From: Edaphobacter aggregans
Lineage (GTDB): Bacteria; Acidobacteriota; Terriglobia; Terriglobales; Acidobacteriaceae
Length of the DNA: 32,000 nt
Reading direction: 5' to 3'
Assembly: GCF_003945235.1 (NCBI RefSeq)
Contig: NZ_RSDW01000001.1
Coordinates: 6,090,001 to 6,122,000, forward strand
A program made the position numbers and the translations under genes. Positions within the stretch are counted from its first letter, which is position 1. Each line of letters starts with the position of its first letter. A model generated the notes under the pieces. The model was not told the origin of the DNA, made no database searches, and saw only the letters and a list, made by a program, of their open reading frames with translations. Positions 1-7,978 of the stretch are shown in pieces.

Positions 1-100
1 GCGATAGGCATAGTTGCGGGCCAAGCTTGCTGCGTACAAAGTGGAGTCAGGTTACATGAATGGGGAAATTGTAGCTGAGTTGTTGGGAAAGGGAATTTAT

Positions 101-736
101 CTAATATGCGGGGAGGAATTTTGATGGCGGGAATCCGTGAATGCGAAGTTGGAGGCAGCGCACGGCTTCTCCGTAGTCGAGGAGGAGCTCGCGGGGGAGG
201 CTGTACTCCTGCGGCCAGGGGGCGGGGTGGGTGTGCCAGTGGATGGAGAGGGTGGGCTGGGCGTTGTCGAATGTGGAGAGGATGAGGGCTGTGCGGCCGA
301 GGTGGTAGGGAGAGCTAATGACTTCGGCGGAGGACCAGTTGTGCTGGTGCATGAGCTGGGCCGAGTAGTAGATGTTCTGGATGGTGTTGAGGGCCTGGGG
401 CTCTTCGAGGATGACGTCAGTTGGGATGCCTCGGGTCTGCGCGAATTGGGCCATGGTGTGGGCCTCGACGAAGTTGTTGTGAGCTGGGCCGCCGGTCATG
501 ATGATGTGGGGGGCGACGCCGGCTTTGTACTCGCGGATGCCTTCGAGGACGCGCTCGCGTTGTTCGGGGGATGGGGTGCCGTCGGAACGGCTGGGTGTGC
601 CGAGGACGATGATGGTGTCGAAGTGGGTTTGGGCGGTGTTGCTGGTGGGAAGGGTTTTGTAGTTGATCGTGACGATAAGGGCCAAGACGAAGGCGATCAG
701 GGCAATGACAATGAGGGTTCGGTTGAGGAGCTTCAC
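101..736 (-). CDS. DUF218 / YdcF-SanA-type membrane-anchored protein
   Basis: 211-aa ORF with GTG start at 736. N-terminal membrane anchor LIVIALIAFVLALIV, then the IIVLG ... IIMTGGP ... EA core I recognise as DUF218. The + strand ORF 137..769 is its antisense shadow. Confidence 0.7.
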   Translation of the reverse strand: MKLLNRTLIVIALIAFVLALIVTINYKTLPTSNTAQTHFDTIIVLGTPSRSDGTPSPEQRERVLEGIREYKAGVAPHIIMTGGPAHNNFVEAHTMAQFAQTRGIPTDVILEEPQALNTIQNIYYSAQLMHQHNWSSAEVISSPYHLGRTALILSTFDNAQPTLSIHWHTHPAPWPQEYSLPRELLLDYGEAVRCLQLRIHGFPPSKFLPAY

Positions 737-765
737 GCGGGTAGGGTATCAGGGATGATTTGCGG

Positions 766-1149
766 TTAGGTTAGGGCTTGTTCGATGACCGCGCTTAGGC
801 CTGTGATGGGCGCGAGGAGTTCGTCGGGGAGGGAGAAGCGGGTTTTGAGATATTGCGGGTCGTTGTAGCTTAGCCAGACTTTGCCTTCAGCGTCCTGCCA
901 GGCTAGGGCTTTGATGGGGAGGTCGATGGCTGAGAGGGGCGCGGCTAGCATGATGGGGGTTCCGCCTTTTGGGTTGCCGAAGATGAGGAGTTGGGTGGGA
1001 GGCATTTGGAGGCCGGCTTTTTCGGCTTCGCCGCTGTGGTCTACGCGGGTGAAGACTTTTATGTTTTTGGCTTGGAGAAGAGATTCGAGGCGGTCTAGGG
1101 TTTCGGGGACGGTGTAGGGGCTGGGGTGGGTGATGATGCCGGTGGCCAT
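766..1149 (-). CDS. DUF302 domain protein
   Basis: ORF 766..1266 trimmed to the internal ATG at 1149 (GGGAGA upstream). 127 aa. FTRVDHSGEAEKAGL ... LLIFGNPKGGTP ... DLPIKALAWQD..VWLSYNDP is a typical DUF302 sequence. The discarded N-terminal extension lies in repeat A. Confidence 0.85.
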   Translation of the reverse strand: MATGIITHPSPYTVPETLDRLESLLQAKNIKVFTRVDHSGEAEKAGLQMPPTQLLIFGNPKGGTPIMLAAPLSAIDLPIKALAWQDAEGKVWLSYNDPQYLKTRFSLPDELLAPITGLSAVIEQALT

Positions 1150-1189
1150 GCTTTTTTCTCCCAAGATGCTGGATGATATTGTGGCGATT

Positions 1190-1362
1190 TTTTTGTGATG
1201 GTGAACAGTGTTTTTTGCTGGGGTTTTTGTGAAAACAGCTCGTAGTTGTGGTGGTTTGGTGGTCAATTAGCGGTAAAAAGTGTGGCAAACGTGGTGAGTG
1301 GACGCGCACTTTTTTGGAGCGCGAAATTGTGCCACTTTCGGTAGCTTTATTTTTTCACAGGT
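1190..1362. repeat. Dispersed ~172-bp intergenic repeat, family A, copy 1
   Basis: Aligns along its whole length, with scattered substitutions and 1-nt indels, to 2029..2200 (shared blocks TTTTTGCTGGGGTTTTTG, TTAGCGGTAAAAAGTGTGGC, GCCACTTTCGG, AGCTTTATTTTT, CACAGGT). Same orientation in both copies. Confidence 0.9.
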
Positions 1363-2000
1363 GTCTTGATGTGGGCTTTTGGTGATCGGGTTTTGGTGGT
1401 TTCGCTGGTGAGGAAGCGGAGGGGGCGGTCGGCGGCTTTCGAGAGGCCTATGCGTGGGGTGATTTGGATGTCGGTGGGGTGTGTGCCGTCGTCGGCGATC
1501 TGGATGGGGGAGTTGGGTGAGGTTAGGTCGAGATCGTTGGAGTTTTTGCGGGTGATGTCGAGGGCCTGGCAGAGGCGGCCGGGGCCTCCGGTGAGGAGCT
1601 TGGGCCTGGCGTTGAGGGAGACGCGGCGGAGGTGGGCCATGGTCTCGATGCCGTCGATGGGGGTGATGGCGCGGATGAGGACTCCGCCGGCCTCGCCGGG
1701 GAGATGGGCGGCTGCGTTGAGGCAGTAATACATGCCGTAGATGAAGTAGACATGGGTGTGGCCGGGTGGGCCGAAGAGGGGGAAGTTGTTGGGGGTGAGG
1801 CCGCGGTAGGCGTGGGATGCGGGGTCGGTGAGGCCGAGGTAGGCTTCGACTTCGGTGATGCGGCCGGTTAGGCGCTCGCCGTGTAGATCACGGATGAGGA
1901 GTTTGCCCAGGAGGGCTCGGGCTACGGTTTCGGGGGAGCGGGAGTAGAAGGCTCTTGTGAGGAGCTTGTTGGTGTGACGGGTTTGTGGGGATGCGCTCAT
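1347..2000 (-). CDS. mpg: DNA-3-methyladenine (purine) glycosylase, Mpg/AAG family
   Basis: 217 aa. ITEVEAYLG..DPASHA, GHTHVYFIYGMYYCLN, LIRAI and GPGRLCQAL motifs of the Mpg/AAG family. The last 16 nt, including the stop codon, lie inside repeat A copy 1. Confidence 0.9.
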   Translation of the reverse strand: MSASPQTRHTNKLLTRAFYSRSPETVARALLGKLLIRDLHGERLTGRITEVEAYLGLTDPASHAYRGLTPNNFPLFGPPGHTHVYFIYGMYYCLNAAAHLPGEAGGVLIRAITPIDGIETMAHLRRVSLNARPKLLTGGPGRLCQALDITRKNSNDLDLTSPNSPIQIADDGTHPTDIQITPRIGLSKAADRPLRFLTSETTKTRSPKAHIKTPVKK

Positions 2001-2028
2001 ATTTTTTTGCTGATTTTTTTTGCTGTTT

Positions 2029-2200
2029 TTTTTGCGATGGTGAAGTGTATTTTTTGCTGGGGTTTTTGAGAAAACGTGTCGTTGTTGTGGTGTTTTGGTG
2101 GTCTGTTAGCGGTAAAAAGTGTGGCTAGCGTGGTAAACGGACGTGTACTTTACGGGAGCGGAAATCATGCCACTTTCGGCAGCTTTATTTTTCCACAGGT
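2029..2200. repeat. Dispersed ~172-bp intergenic repeat, family A, copy 2
   Basis: Near-full-length match to 1190..1362. Lies directly upstream (minus strand) of the mpg start, as copy 1 lies upstream of the DUF302 gene start. Confidence 0.9.
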
Positions 2201-2327
2201 TTGGGCAGCTTCACTTATTCGCGATTGGGTTCGATGAAAGGTGCGCGGCTGAGGATTATTCGTTAGGTCGGGATGGAGTAGGGTGCTATCTTCTTCCGGG
2301 AATGAATCCAGAGAAAGAGAGTATGCG

Positions 2328-2780
2328 ATGAGTTTGAAGGGCGGTGTGGTGGATGTGGAGGAGATTCGGTTGGGCGGGATTGGGCTGCGGTTTTTGATTG
2401 ATGGGCCTACGAGCGGGTCGGGCGTGACGATGTTTGAGATGACGGTGGCTCCGGGGGCGGGGATGCCGGTTCCGCACCATCATGTGGGGTTCGACGAGAC
2501 GGGGTATGGGGTGAGCGGGAGGCTGAAGTTCACGCTGGAGGGGGAGACTCTCGACGTGGGGGCGGGGGATTTGGTGTGGATTGAGCGCGGCAAGGTGCAT
2601 GGATTTATGAATCCGTTTGATGAGCCGGCTGTGGTGCTTTGCACGATCACGCCGGGGGTGTTGGGGGCAGAGTATTTTCGGGAGATTCGTGGGCTGCTGG
2701 CAGGGGGTGGGCCTCCTGATCCTAAGGCGATGGGGGCAGTGATGTTGAAGCATGGGTTGGTGCCGGTGAAACCCGCTTAG
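2328..2780 (+). CDS. Cupin domain protein
   Basis: ATG 2328 (AAAGAGAG upstream) inside ORF 2283..2780. 150 aa. Single cupin barrel with PVPHHHVGFDETGYGVSG and GDLVWIERGKVHGF motifs. Confidence 0.75.
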   Translation: MSLKGGVVDVEEIRLGGIGLRFLIDGPTSGSGVTMFEMTVAPGAGMPVPHHHVGFDETGYGVSGRLKFTLEGETLDVGAGDLVWIERGKVHGFMNPFDEPAVVLCTITPGVLGAEYFREIRGLLAGGGPPDPKAMGAVMLKHGLVPVKPA

Positions 2781-2839
2781 GCGAGAGTGGTGCATGATTT
2801 TGCCTTTACTGTGCCTTGGCTATCGCTTACCTTAGGTCT

Positions 2840-3067
2840 ATGGACTACTCGCAGATCATCACGATTGAACCGGGTAAGCGTAGCGGGAAGCCTTGCATTC
2901 GGGGGCTGCGTATCACGGTGGGAGATTTGCTGGGATATCTTGCGTCGGGGATGTCGCATCAGGAGATTCTGCGCGACTTCCCGTATCTGAATGAGACCGA
3001 TATCCTTGCTTGCCTTGCGTTTGCGGCTGATCGCGAACGCAAGCTCGAAACTGTGACCGCCGCTTGA
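2840..3067 (+). CDS. DUF433 (COG2442) antitoxin-like protein
   Basis: 75 aa from ATG 2840 (the track starts at the alternative TTG 2816). GKRSGKPCIRGLRITVGDLL..G.S..EIL.DFP.L...DI..CL matches DUF433. Its TGA stop overlaps the TTG start of the next gene (TTGA). Confidence 0.8.
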   Translation: MDYSQIITIEPGKRSGKPCIRGLRITVGDLLGYLASGMSHQEILRDFPYLNETDILACLAFAADRERKLETVTAA

Positions 3068-3402
3068 AACTCCTGCTAGATGAGAACCTGTCGCTGCGAT
3101 TGGTAGAGTCTTTGGCGGACCTCTATCCGGGATCTGATCACGTTCATAATCTCGGCCTGGGCGGTGCTGGTGACTCCGAGGTATGGGACTATGCCAAGTT
3201 GCATGGGTTTGCCATTGTCTCCAAAGACTCGGATTTTGCTGAGCGTAGCGTTTTGGAGAGAGACCCGCCGAAGATCATCTGGATACGACTGGGCAACTGT
3301 TCGACTGGGGATGTTGAGAGGCAGCTTCGCTCTGCCCACGAGGTGATTCGGGCATTTATTGAAGAAGATCAGGAGACTTGTCTGCTGCTTGGGCGAGGTT
3401 AG
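3064..3402 (+). CDS. PIN-like DUF5615 (COG4634) toxin-like protein
   Basis: 112 aa with TTG start overlapping the upstream stop. LLLDENL ... D.EVW.YA...G..IVSKDSDF is the PIN-like family usually paired with DUF433 in predicted type II TA modules. Confidence 0.75.
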   Translation: MKLLLDENLSLRLVESLADLYPGSDHVHNLGLGGAGDSEVWDYAKLHGFAIVSKDSDFAERSVLERDPPKIIWIRLGNCSTGDVERQLRSAHEVIRAFIEEDQETCLLLGRG

Positions 3403-3439
3403 CGCGGACGATCGGATACTTCGGGAGCGCACGGAGAGG

Positions 3440-3545
3440 GATGGGAAGGGTTCGCGCGTTTGCGCGAATGTCCCACTCACCGCGATGAGACTGCGATGAA
3501 TGGGGCACCCGATTTGTGTCGGGATTGGATGTGTGGGCCACCCGC
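3440..3545. repeat. Structured intergenic repeat-like element, family B (single copy in window)
   Basis: Contains the perfect hairpin TTCGCGC-gttt-GCGCGAA (3451..3468) and CCCGA-tttgtg-TCGGG. Its translations (RDETAMNGAP on +, VPHSSQSHRGEWD on -) resemble spurious peptides I recall from a repeat family abundant in Acidobacteriaceae genomes. The family call is from memory only. Confidence 0.4.
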
Positions 3546-3700
3546 CGCGCCCAGGTTATGGGTGACGTAAGTGGGTCCAGATACCTTCGAGAAATGCAAA
3601 CATTTTCGTAGATTCGATACGGATGGTCTAGGGTGTAATCTTACATTCGACTTGAACAGGTGATTAACTCGTTAATTCGAGCGTTTCAAGGGGGTGAGAA

Positions 3701-4855
3701 GTGAACGCCGACCCTACCGATGGGCTTGCGAAATGTAAGGTCTGCAACACCGCGAATCTGCCAGATAGCTCATTTTGCCGTGGCTGTGGCGTTCGGATCG
3801 AGGGTCAATCGCAACTGATTGATCAGGTACGTCTAATCATCAAGAATGAGTTGAAAGATCAGAAAGTGGTCGAACTCGAGACGGCGCAGCTGATTGCGTC
3901 CCGAGTTTCGGATTGGGTAAAACTCGTCGGCATATTCGCAGCTGCGCCCCTCGCGCTTTTGCTTGCGACTCTGACCGTCTGGGGTATAACTAAGTTTGTC
4001 GATGTAAATGATAAGCTGAAGCTCGCTCAAGACAAGGCGAGTGGGCTTGACGCAACGTCGGGTGCCCTAAGGTCTAGATATACCAATCTTCAGAAAGACC
4101 TGGCCGGATACGAATCACTCGAGAAAGACGTTAAGCAGAACCTAGCCACGATTGACGCAGTCAGTAAGCAAGTCCAATCAATACAGAGCAACGTCAGTGC
4201 AATAAACAAACGCCTTGGTTTTGCTCCATCAGCGTACCTGAGTCCCGATTTGCAGCGTCAGCTCGAGTCACAGGTTAGGACCTACGAGGTTTTCCTGGAG
4301 CATCTCGGTTATTCGATAGGTAATCAGCGGGTTACTGTTTCTGTTGTAGATAATCTTCCGGGTAATATGGCTTCTATATATGATCCGAACAAGCACAAAT
4401 TAGAAGTGATCAAAGAATCTGCCGCCACGGAAGGCTGCATATTAACCGAATATACCCCTATAGTGTTGCGAGCAAGAATGGGGGAAGATGACAGCACTTC
4501 TTATGACTCTGTAATGTTCGGGCTTGAGAGGTATTTGCCAGCGAGCTTTTTTGGGCGCAGTGTGTGCGGACGCACAACTGAGTCCGGACCCGAAAAGTGG
4601 CCCGAAATCAAAGCGGGCACGGATGTCAACCTAGACGAGCATGCGCAAGTTCTTGTCAAGGCGCTTTGGACGCTTAGAAATTACATGCCCCCCGGTGTCC
4701 TCGATAGGGCCGTGCTTAAAGCTTGGGTATCAACTCAAGACAAAAACCAACTTCCTACCTACCATCGAGAATTTTGTGGTGAGCTATTAAAAAATTTGCC
4801 ACTGGCCCAACGTGAATCTGCGAGCCGAGAGCTGGCTACTCGTGACCTCCTTTAG
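3701..4855 (+). CDS. Hypothetical zinc-ribbon / single-TM / coiled-coil protein (low-GC orphan)
   Basis: GTG start preceded by GGGGGTGAG. 384 aa: zinc ribbon CKVCNTANLPDSSFCRGCG, one TM helix LVGIFAAAPLALLLATLTVWGI, a ~90-aa coiled coil, and a ~190-aa C-terminal domain I cannot assign. Hand-counted 60-nt samples give ~47-50% G+C versus ~60% nearby. Confidence 0.7.
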   Translation: MNADPTDGLAKCKVCNTANLPDSSFCRGCGVRIEGQSQLIDQVRLIIKNELKDQKVVELETAQLIASRVSDWVKLVGIFAAAPLALLLATLTVWGITKFVDVNDKLKLAQDKASGLDATSGALRSRYTNLQKDLAGYESLEKDVKQNLATIDAVSKQVQSIQSNVSAINKRLGFAPSAYLSPDLQRQLESQVRTYEVFLEHLGYSIGNQRVTVSVVDNLPGNMASIYDPNKHKLEVIKESAATEGCILTEYTPIVLRARMGEDDSTSYDSVMFGLERYLPASFFGRSVCGRTTESGPEKWPEIKAGTDVNLDEHAQVLVKALWTLRNYMPPGVLDRAVLKAWVSTQDKNQLPTYHREFCGELLKNLPLAQRESASRELATRDLL

Positions 4856-4867
4856 CTATAGGATCTT

Positions 4868-6856
4868 TTAGCTGAACAGGAATTCCTTCGTTCTTAGATC
4901 CTTGACGGTATCTCTGAGCTTGGCGGCTTTTTCGAATTCGAATTTTTTGGCGGCTTCGCGCATGTCGGATTCTAGTTTGCCTATGTAGGTGTCTAGTTCC
5001 TGTTGGGTGGAGAAGTCGGGCATGCCTTCGGCTTCGTCGGTTAGGTCGGCGTAGTCGGCGTTGATGATGCCGGCGAGGGTCATCTCGGTGGAGCGGATGA
5101 TGCTTTGTGGGGTGATGCCGTTTTCTTCGTTGTAGGCTTCCTGGATTTCGCGGCGGCGGTTGGTCTCGTCGATGGCTCGCTGCATGGAGTCGGTCATCTT
5201 GTCGGCGTAGAGGATGGCGCGGCCTTCGAGGTGGCGGGCGGCTCGGCCGATGGTTTGGATGAGGGAACCCTGGGAGCGGAGGAAGCCTTCTTTGTCGGCG
5301 TCGAGGATGGCTACCAGGGAGACTTCGGGGAGGTCGAGGCCTTCGCGTAGGAGGTTGATGCCGATGAGGACGTCGTACTCGCCTTTGCGGAGGTCGCGGA
5401 GGAGCTTGATGCGCTCCAGGGTCTCGATCTCGGAGTGCATGTAGCGGCAGCGGACGCCGACTTCGGTGTAATAGCTGGCGAGGTCTTCGGACATGCGTTT
5501 GGTGAGGGTAGTGACGAGGACGCGTTGGTTTTTTGAGGCTCGGTCGCGGATTTCGGCGAGGAGGTCGTCGATCTGGCCTTTGACGGGGCGGATTTCGACG
5601 ACGGGGTCGATGAGGCCGGTGGGGCGGATGATTTGTTCGACGACTACGCCGGCGGATTTGGTGAGCTCGTAGGGGCCGGGGGTGGCGGAGACGTAGATGA
5701 TCTGGCCAGAGCGGGATTCGAATTCTTCGAAGCGGAGGGGGCGGTTATCGAGGGCGGAGGGGAGGCGGAAGCCGTAGTCGATGAGGTTTTGTTTGCGGCT
5801 GCGATCGCCGTGCCACATGCCGTGGAGCTGCGGGATGGTGACGTGGGACTCGTCGATGAAGATGAGGAAGTCGCGGGGGAAGTAGTCGAGGAGTGTGGGT
5901 GGGGGCTCGCCGGGGAGACGGCCGGACATGTGGCGCGAGTAGTTTTCGATGCCGTGGCAGTAGCCGACGGACTTGATCATCTCGAGGTCGAAGCGGGTGC
6001 GCTGGTGGATGCGCTGGGATTCGACGAGGCGGCCTTCTTTTTCTAGCTGGGCTTCCCACTCGAAGAGCTCGGCGAGGATGGATTCGGTGGCGGTTTTCTT
6101 GCGCTCGGGTTGGACTACGTAGTGGGACTTGGGGTAGATGGGGAGGCGCGAGTAGCGCTGCTTGACGGAGCCGAAGAGTGGGTCGATTTGGGAGAGCGAG
6201 TCGATTTCGTCGCCGAAGAGCTCGATGCGGTAGGCGTTTTCGTCGTAGGTGGGGTAGATCTCGATGATGTCGCCGCGGACGCGGAAGGTGCCGCGGCGGA
6301 AGTCGACGTCGTTGCGTTCATAGAGGATCTCGACGAGGCGGCGGGTGATGTCTTCGCGCTTGATCTTCTGGCCTTTTTCGAGAAGGAGGAGCATGCCGTA
6401 GTAGGCTTCGGGCGATCCGAGACCGTAGATGCAGGAGACGGAGGAGACGATGATGGCGTCTCGGCGCTCGAAGAGGCTGCGGGTGGCGGAGAGGCGGAGC
6501 TTGTCCAGCTCCTCGTTGATGGTGGCTTCTTTTTCGATGTAGAGGTCGCCGGAGGGGATGTAGGCTTCGGGCTGGTAGTAGTCGTAGTAGGAGACGAAGT
6601 ACTCGACGGCGTTGTTGGGGAAGAATTGCTTGAACTCGTGGTAGAGCTGGGCGGCGAGGGTCTTGTTGTGGGCGAGGATGAGGGCGGGGCGGTTGAGCTC
6701 CTCGATGATCTTGGCCATCGTGAAGGTCTTGCCTGAGCCGGTGACGCCTAGCAGGACCTGGTCCTTCTCGCCGGCGTTGAGGCCGGAGACGAGTTCGCCG
6801 ATGGCGCGGGGTTGGTCTCCCTGGGGTTTGTAGGTGGTGGTGAGCTGGAAGTCCAT
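4868..6856 (-). CDS. uvrB: Excinuclease ABC subunit B
   Basis: 662 aa, full length. Walker [21 protein letters not shown] region, DESH box, helicase C motifs and a C-terminal UVR domain ([11 protein letters not shown]). Confidence 0.98.
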   Translation of the reverse strand: MDFQLTTTYKPQGDQPRAIGELVSGLNAGEKDQVLLGVTGSGKTFTMAKIIEELNRPALILAHNKTLAAQLYHEFKQFFPNNAVEYFVSYYDYYQPEAYIPSGDLYIEKEATINEELDKLRLSATRSLFERRDAIIVSSVSCIYGLGSPEAYYGMLLLLEKGQKIKREDITRRLVEILYERNDVDFRRGTFRVRGDIIEIYPTYDENAYRIELFGDEIDSLSQIDPLFGSVKQRYSRLPIYPKSHYVVQPERKKTATESILAELFEWEAQLEKEGRLVESQRIHQRTRFDLEMIKSVGYCHGIENYSRHMSGRLPGEPPPTLLDYFPRDFLIFIDESHVTIPQLHGMWHGDRSRKQNLIDYGFRLPSALDNRPLRFEEFESRSGQIIYVSATPGPYELTKSAGVVVEQIIRPTGLIDPVVEIRPVKGQIDDLLAEIRDRASKNQRVLVTTLTKRMSEDLASYYTEVGVRCRYMHSEIETLERIKLLRDLRKGEYDVLIGINLLREGLDLPEVSLVAILDADKEGFLRSQGSLIQTIGRAARHLEGRAILYADKMTDSMQRAIDETNRRREIQEAYNEENGITPQSIIRSTEMTLAGIINADYADLTDEAEGMPDFSTQQELDTYIGKLESDMREAAKKFEFEKAAKLRDTVKDLRTKEFLFS

Positions 6857-6896
6857 GTTTAAAGAATAAGATGCTTACCTATCTGCGTTCGATTTG

Positions 6897-7946
6897 CTAA
6901 TTTCGTTCTTCGCCGTGATCAACCTGTTCAGATTTTTGCAGAATAGGGAAGCATAGGGCGGTCCATTCTTCCCAGCTATCGATTCCGTCTATGAGATTCA
7001 TGATGAGTTGAAGGCAGTGATACCTTTGAAACGACACTCCAGATACATATCTCAACGTGTCTTCGTTGAGTTCACCTACAGTGTCATAAGCCACCAGAAC
7101 GTCACGGCGATCTGAATCTCTAGCTGCGTCGAATACTTCTGCTGCCCAGGTATGCGTGTCAGCGTTCACCCCGGTCATAATGCCGCGCCCAATTCCTTCG
7201 GCATAGCAGCGTGAGAAAAATGCGTCGGCTTCATTTCGTTCTACTCGAATATCCCATGTATCTACCATTCCCGCGCCTGAAAGCAAACGCGCCGGCTTCT
7301 CGGTCAGCTCAAAGGCCGATCTGTAGTCCATCTTAGGAAGGTAAGTGAGTGGTTCCAGTCGTTCGTCCAGGCGAAGGACCCAGCGTATGCAACGTAAAGT
7401 TTCGAACGATTGCCAAAGATCGATGATATTTTCAGGCCAATGGCCGTCAGGCATAAGTAAGAGATTGCGCAAACCGCCGTCTAGACCGTTCCATATATCG
7501 AGTTTGCGGAGCTGATCCAAGTGCGTTCGACGCGTAATGACTTCTATTCCCGACGGCATTTGCTTTTCTCTAAGCATTTGCTCGCTTCCCGCTCGAGCTA
7601 ATACAACTGATAATGCGAAGCCGTCTGAGGCGAGTCTGTTGCGAATATCTTTATTCACAAATTGATCGGACTCTCTTCGGGATTTCCTTTCGTCCAGTTT
7701 ATTGTTTACCCACCTTCCAAGGATGGCTGTAACAAAAAAGAAGGCAAAGATAGAGGCTATTACACCTGTTCCTGCATCGAATCCTGCGCGTGCATTCCAT
7801 AGGAGAGAGCCGTAATAGAGAATAAAAAACAGAATTAACACCGAGAGACGGAGTGCGAGTTTCCGGTCACGCGAGTCTTTTTTGCTGCGACGGAGGGATA
7901 CCCAATAGGCTCTCCAAAATGCACTTGAGAAGATGGAATGTTTCAT
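6897..7946 (-). CDS. Hypothetical two-TM membrane protein (low-GC orphan)
   Basis: 349 aa. Two N-terminal TM helices (LSVLILFFILYYGSLLW, VIASIFAFFFVTAILG), then a ~250-aa soluble domain with no motif I recognise. Sampled G+C is ~43-52%. The stop is 40 nt upstream of the uvrB start on the same strand. Confidence 0.65.
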   Translation of the reverse strand: MKHSIFSSAFWRAYWVSLRRSKKDSRDRKLALRLSVLILFFILYYGSLLWNARAGFDAGTGVIASIFAFFFVTAILGRWVNNKLDERKSRRESDQFVNKDIRNRLASDGFALSVVLARAGSEQMLREKQMPSGIEVITRRTHLDQLRKLDIWNGLDGGLRNLLLMPDGHWPENIIDLWQSFETLRCIRWVLRLDERLEPLTYLPKMDYRSAFELTEKPARLLSGAGMVDTWDIRVERNEADAFFSRCYAEGIGRGIMTGVNADTHTWAAEVFDAARDSDRRDVLVAYDTVGELNEDTLRYVSGVSFQRYHCLQLIMNLIDGIDSWEEWTALCFPILQKSEQVDHGEERN

Positions 7947-7978
7947 CTTGATATTTCAAGGATAGAGGATAAATAAGA

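Noticed and set aside
2157-2175. Sigma54-like TGGCAT-N7-GC on the minus strand inside repeat A copy 2 (and TGGCAC in copy 1 at ~1317-1336)
   Set aside because: The GG-GC register is correct only in copy 2. Copy 1 has a 1-nt indel that breaks the spacing, and the -12 region lacks TTGC. A conserved functional sigma54 promoter should keep the spacing.
2143-2331. 62-aa + strand ORF upstream of the cupin gene
   Set aside because: It starts inside repeat A copy 2, has no RBS, overlaps the cupin start region out of frame, and has no recognisable features.
4300-4560. C-terminal domain of the zinc-ribbon orphan as a metalloprotease (NMASIYDPNKHKLEV ... ILTEYTPIVL looked vaguely like an N-A-x-Y ... 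HExxH layout)
   Set aside because: There is no HExxH or any His pair at the relevant position (TEYTP). The resemblance rests on a few residues only and cannot be supported without a profile search.
3653-4880. 8-bp direct repeat TGAACAGG (3653-3660 and 4873-4880) flanking the zinc-ribbon gene as a target-site duplication; also TTTAGCT twice at 4851-4873
   Set aside because: The low-GC segment starts ~100 bp further left (about 3546), not at 3661. Extending the uvrB frame through the left copy gives no nearby stop, so the copy cannot be the ancestral uvrB end. There are no terminal inverted repeats or transposase. An 8-mer match within such search windows is not very unlikely by chance.
6857-6960. 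LexA (SOS) box upstream of uvrB
   Set aside because: GTTC occurs three times (6886, 6904, 6925), but with 14- and 17-nt spacers rather than N7. There is no GAAC-N7-GAAC on the other strand either, so I cannot support an SOS box here.
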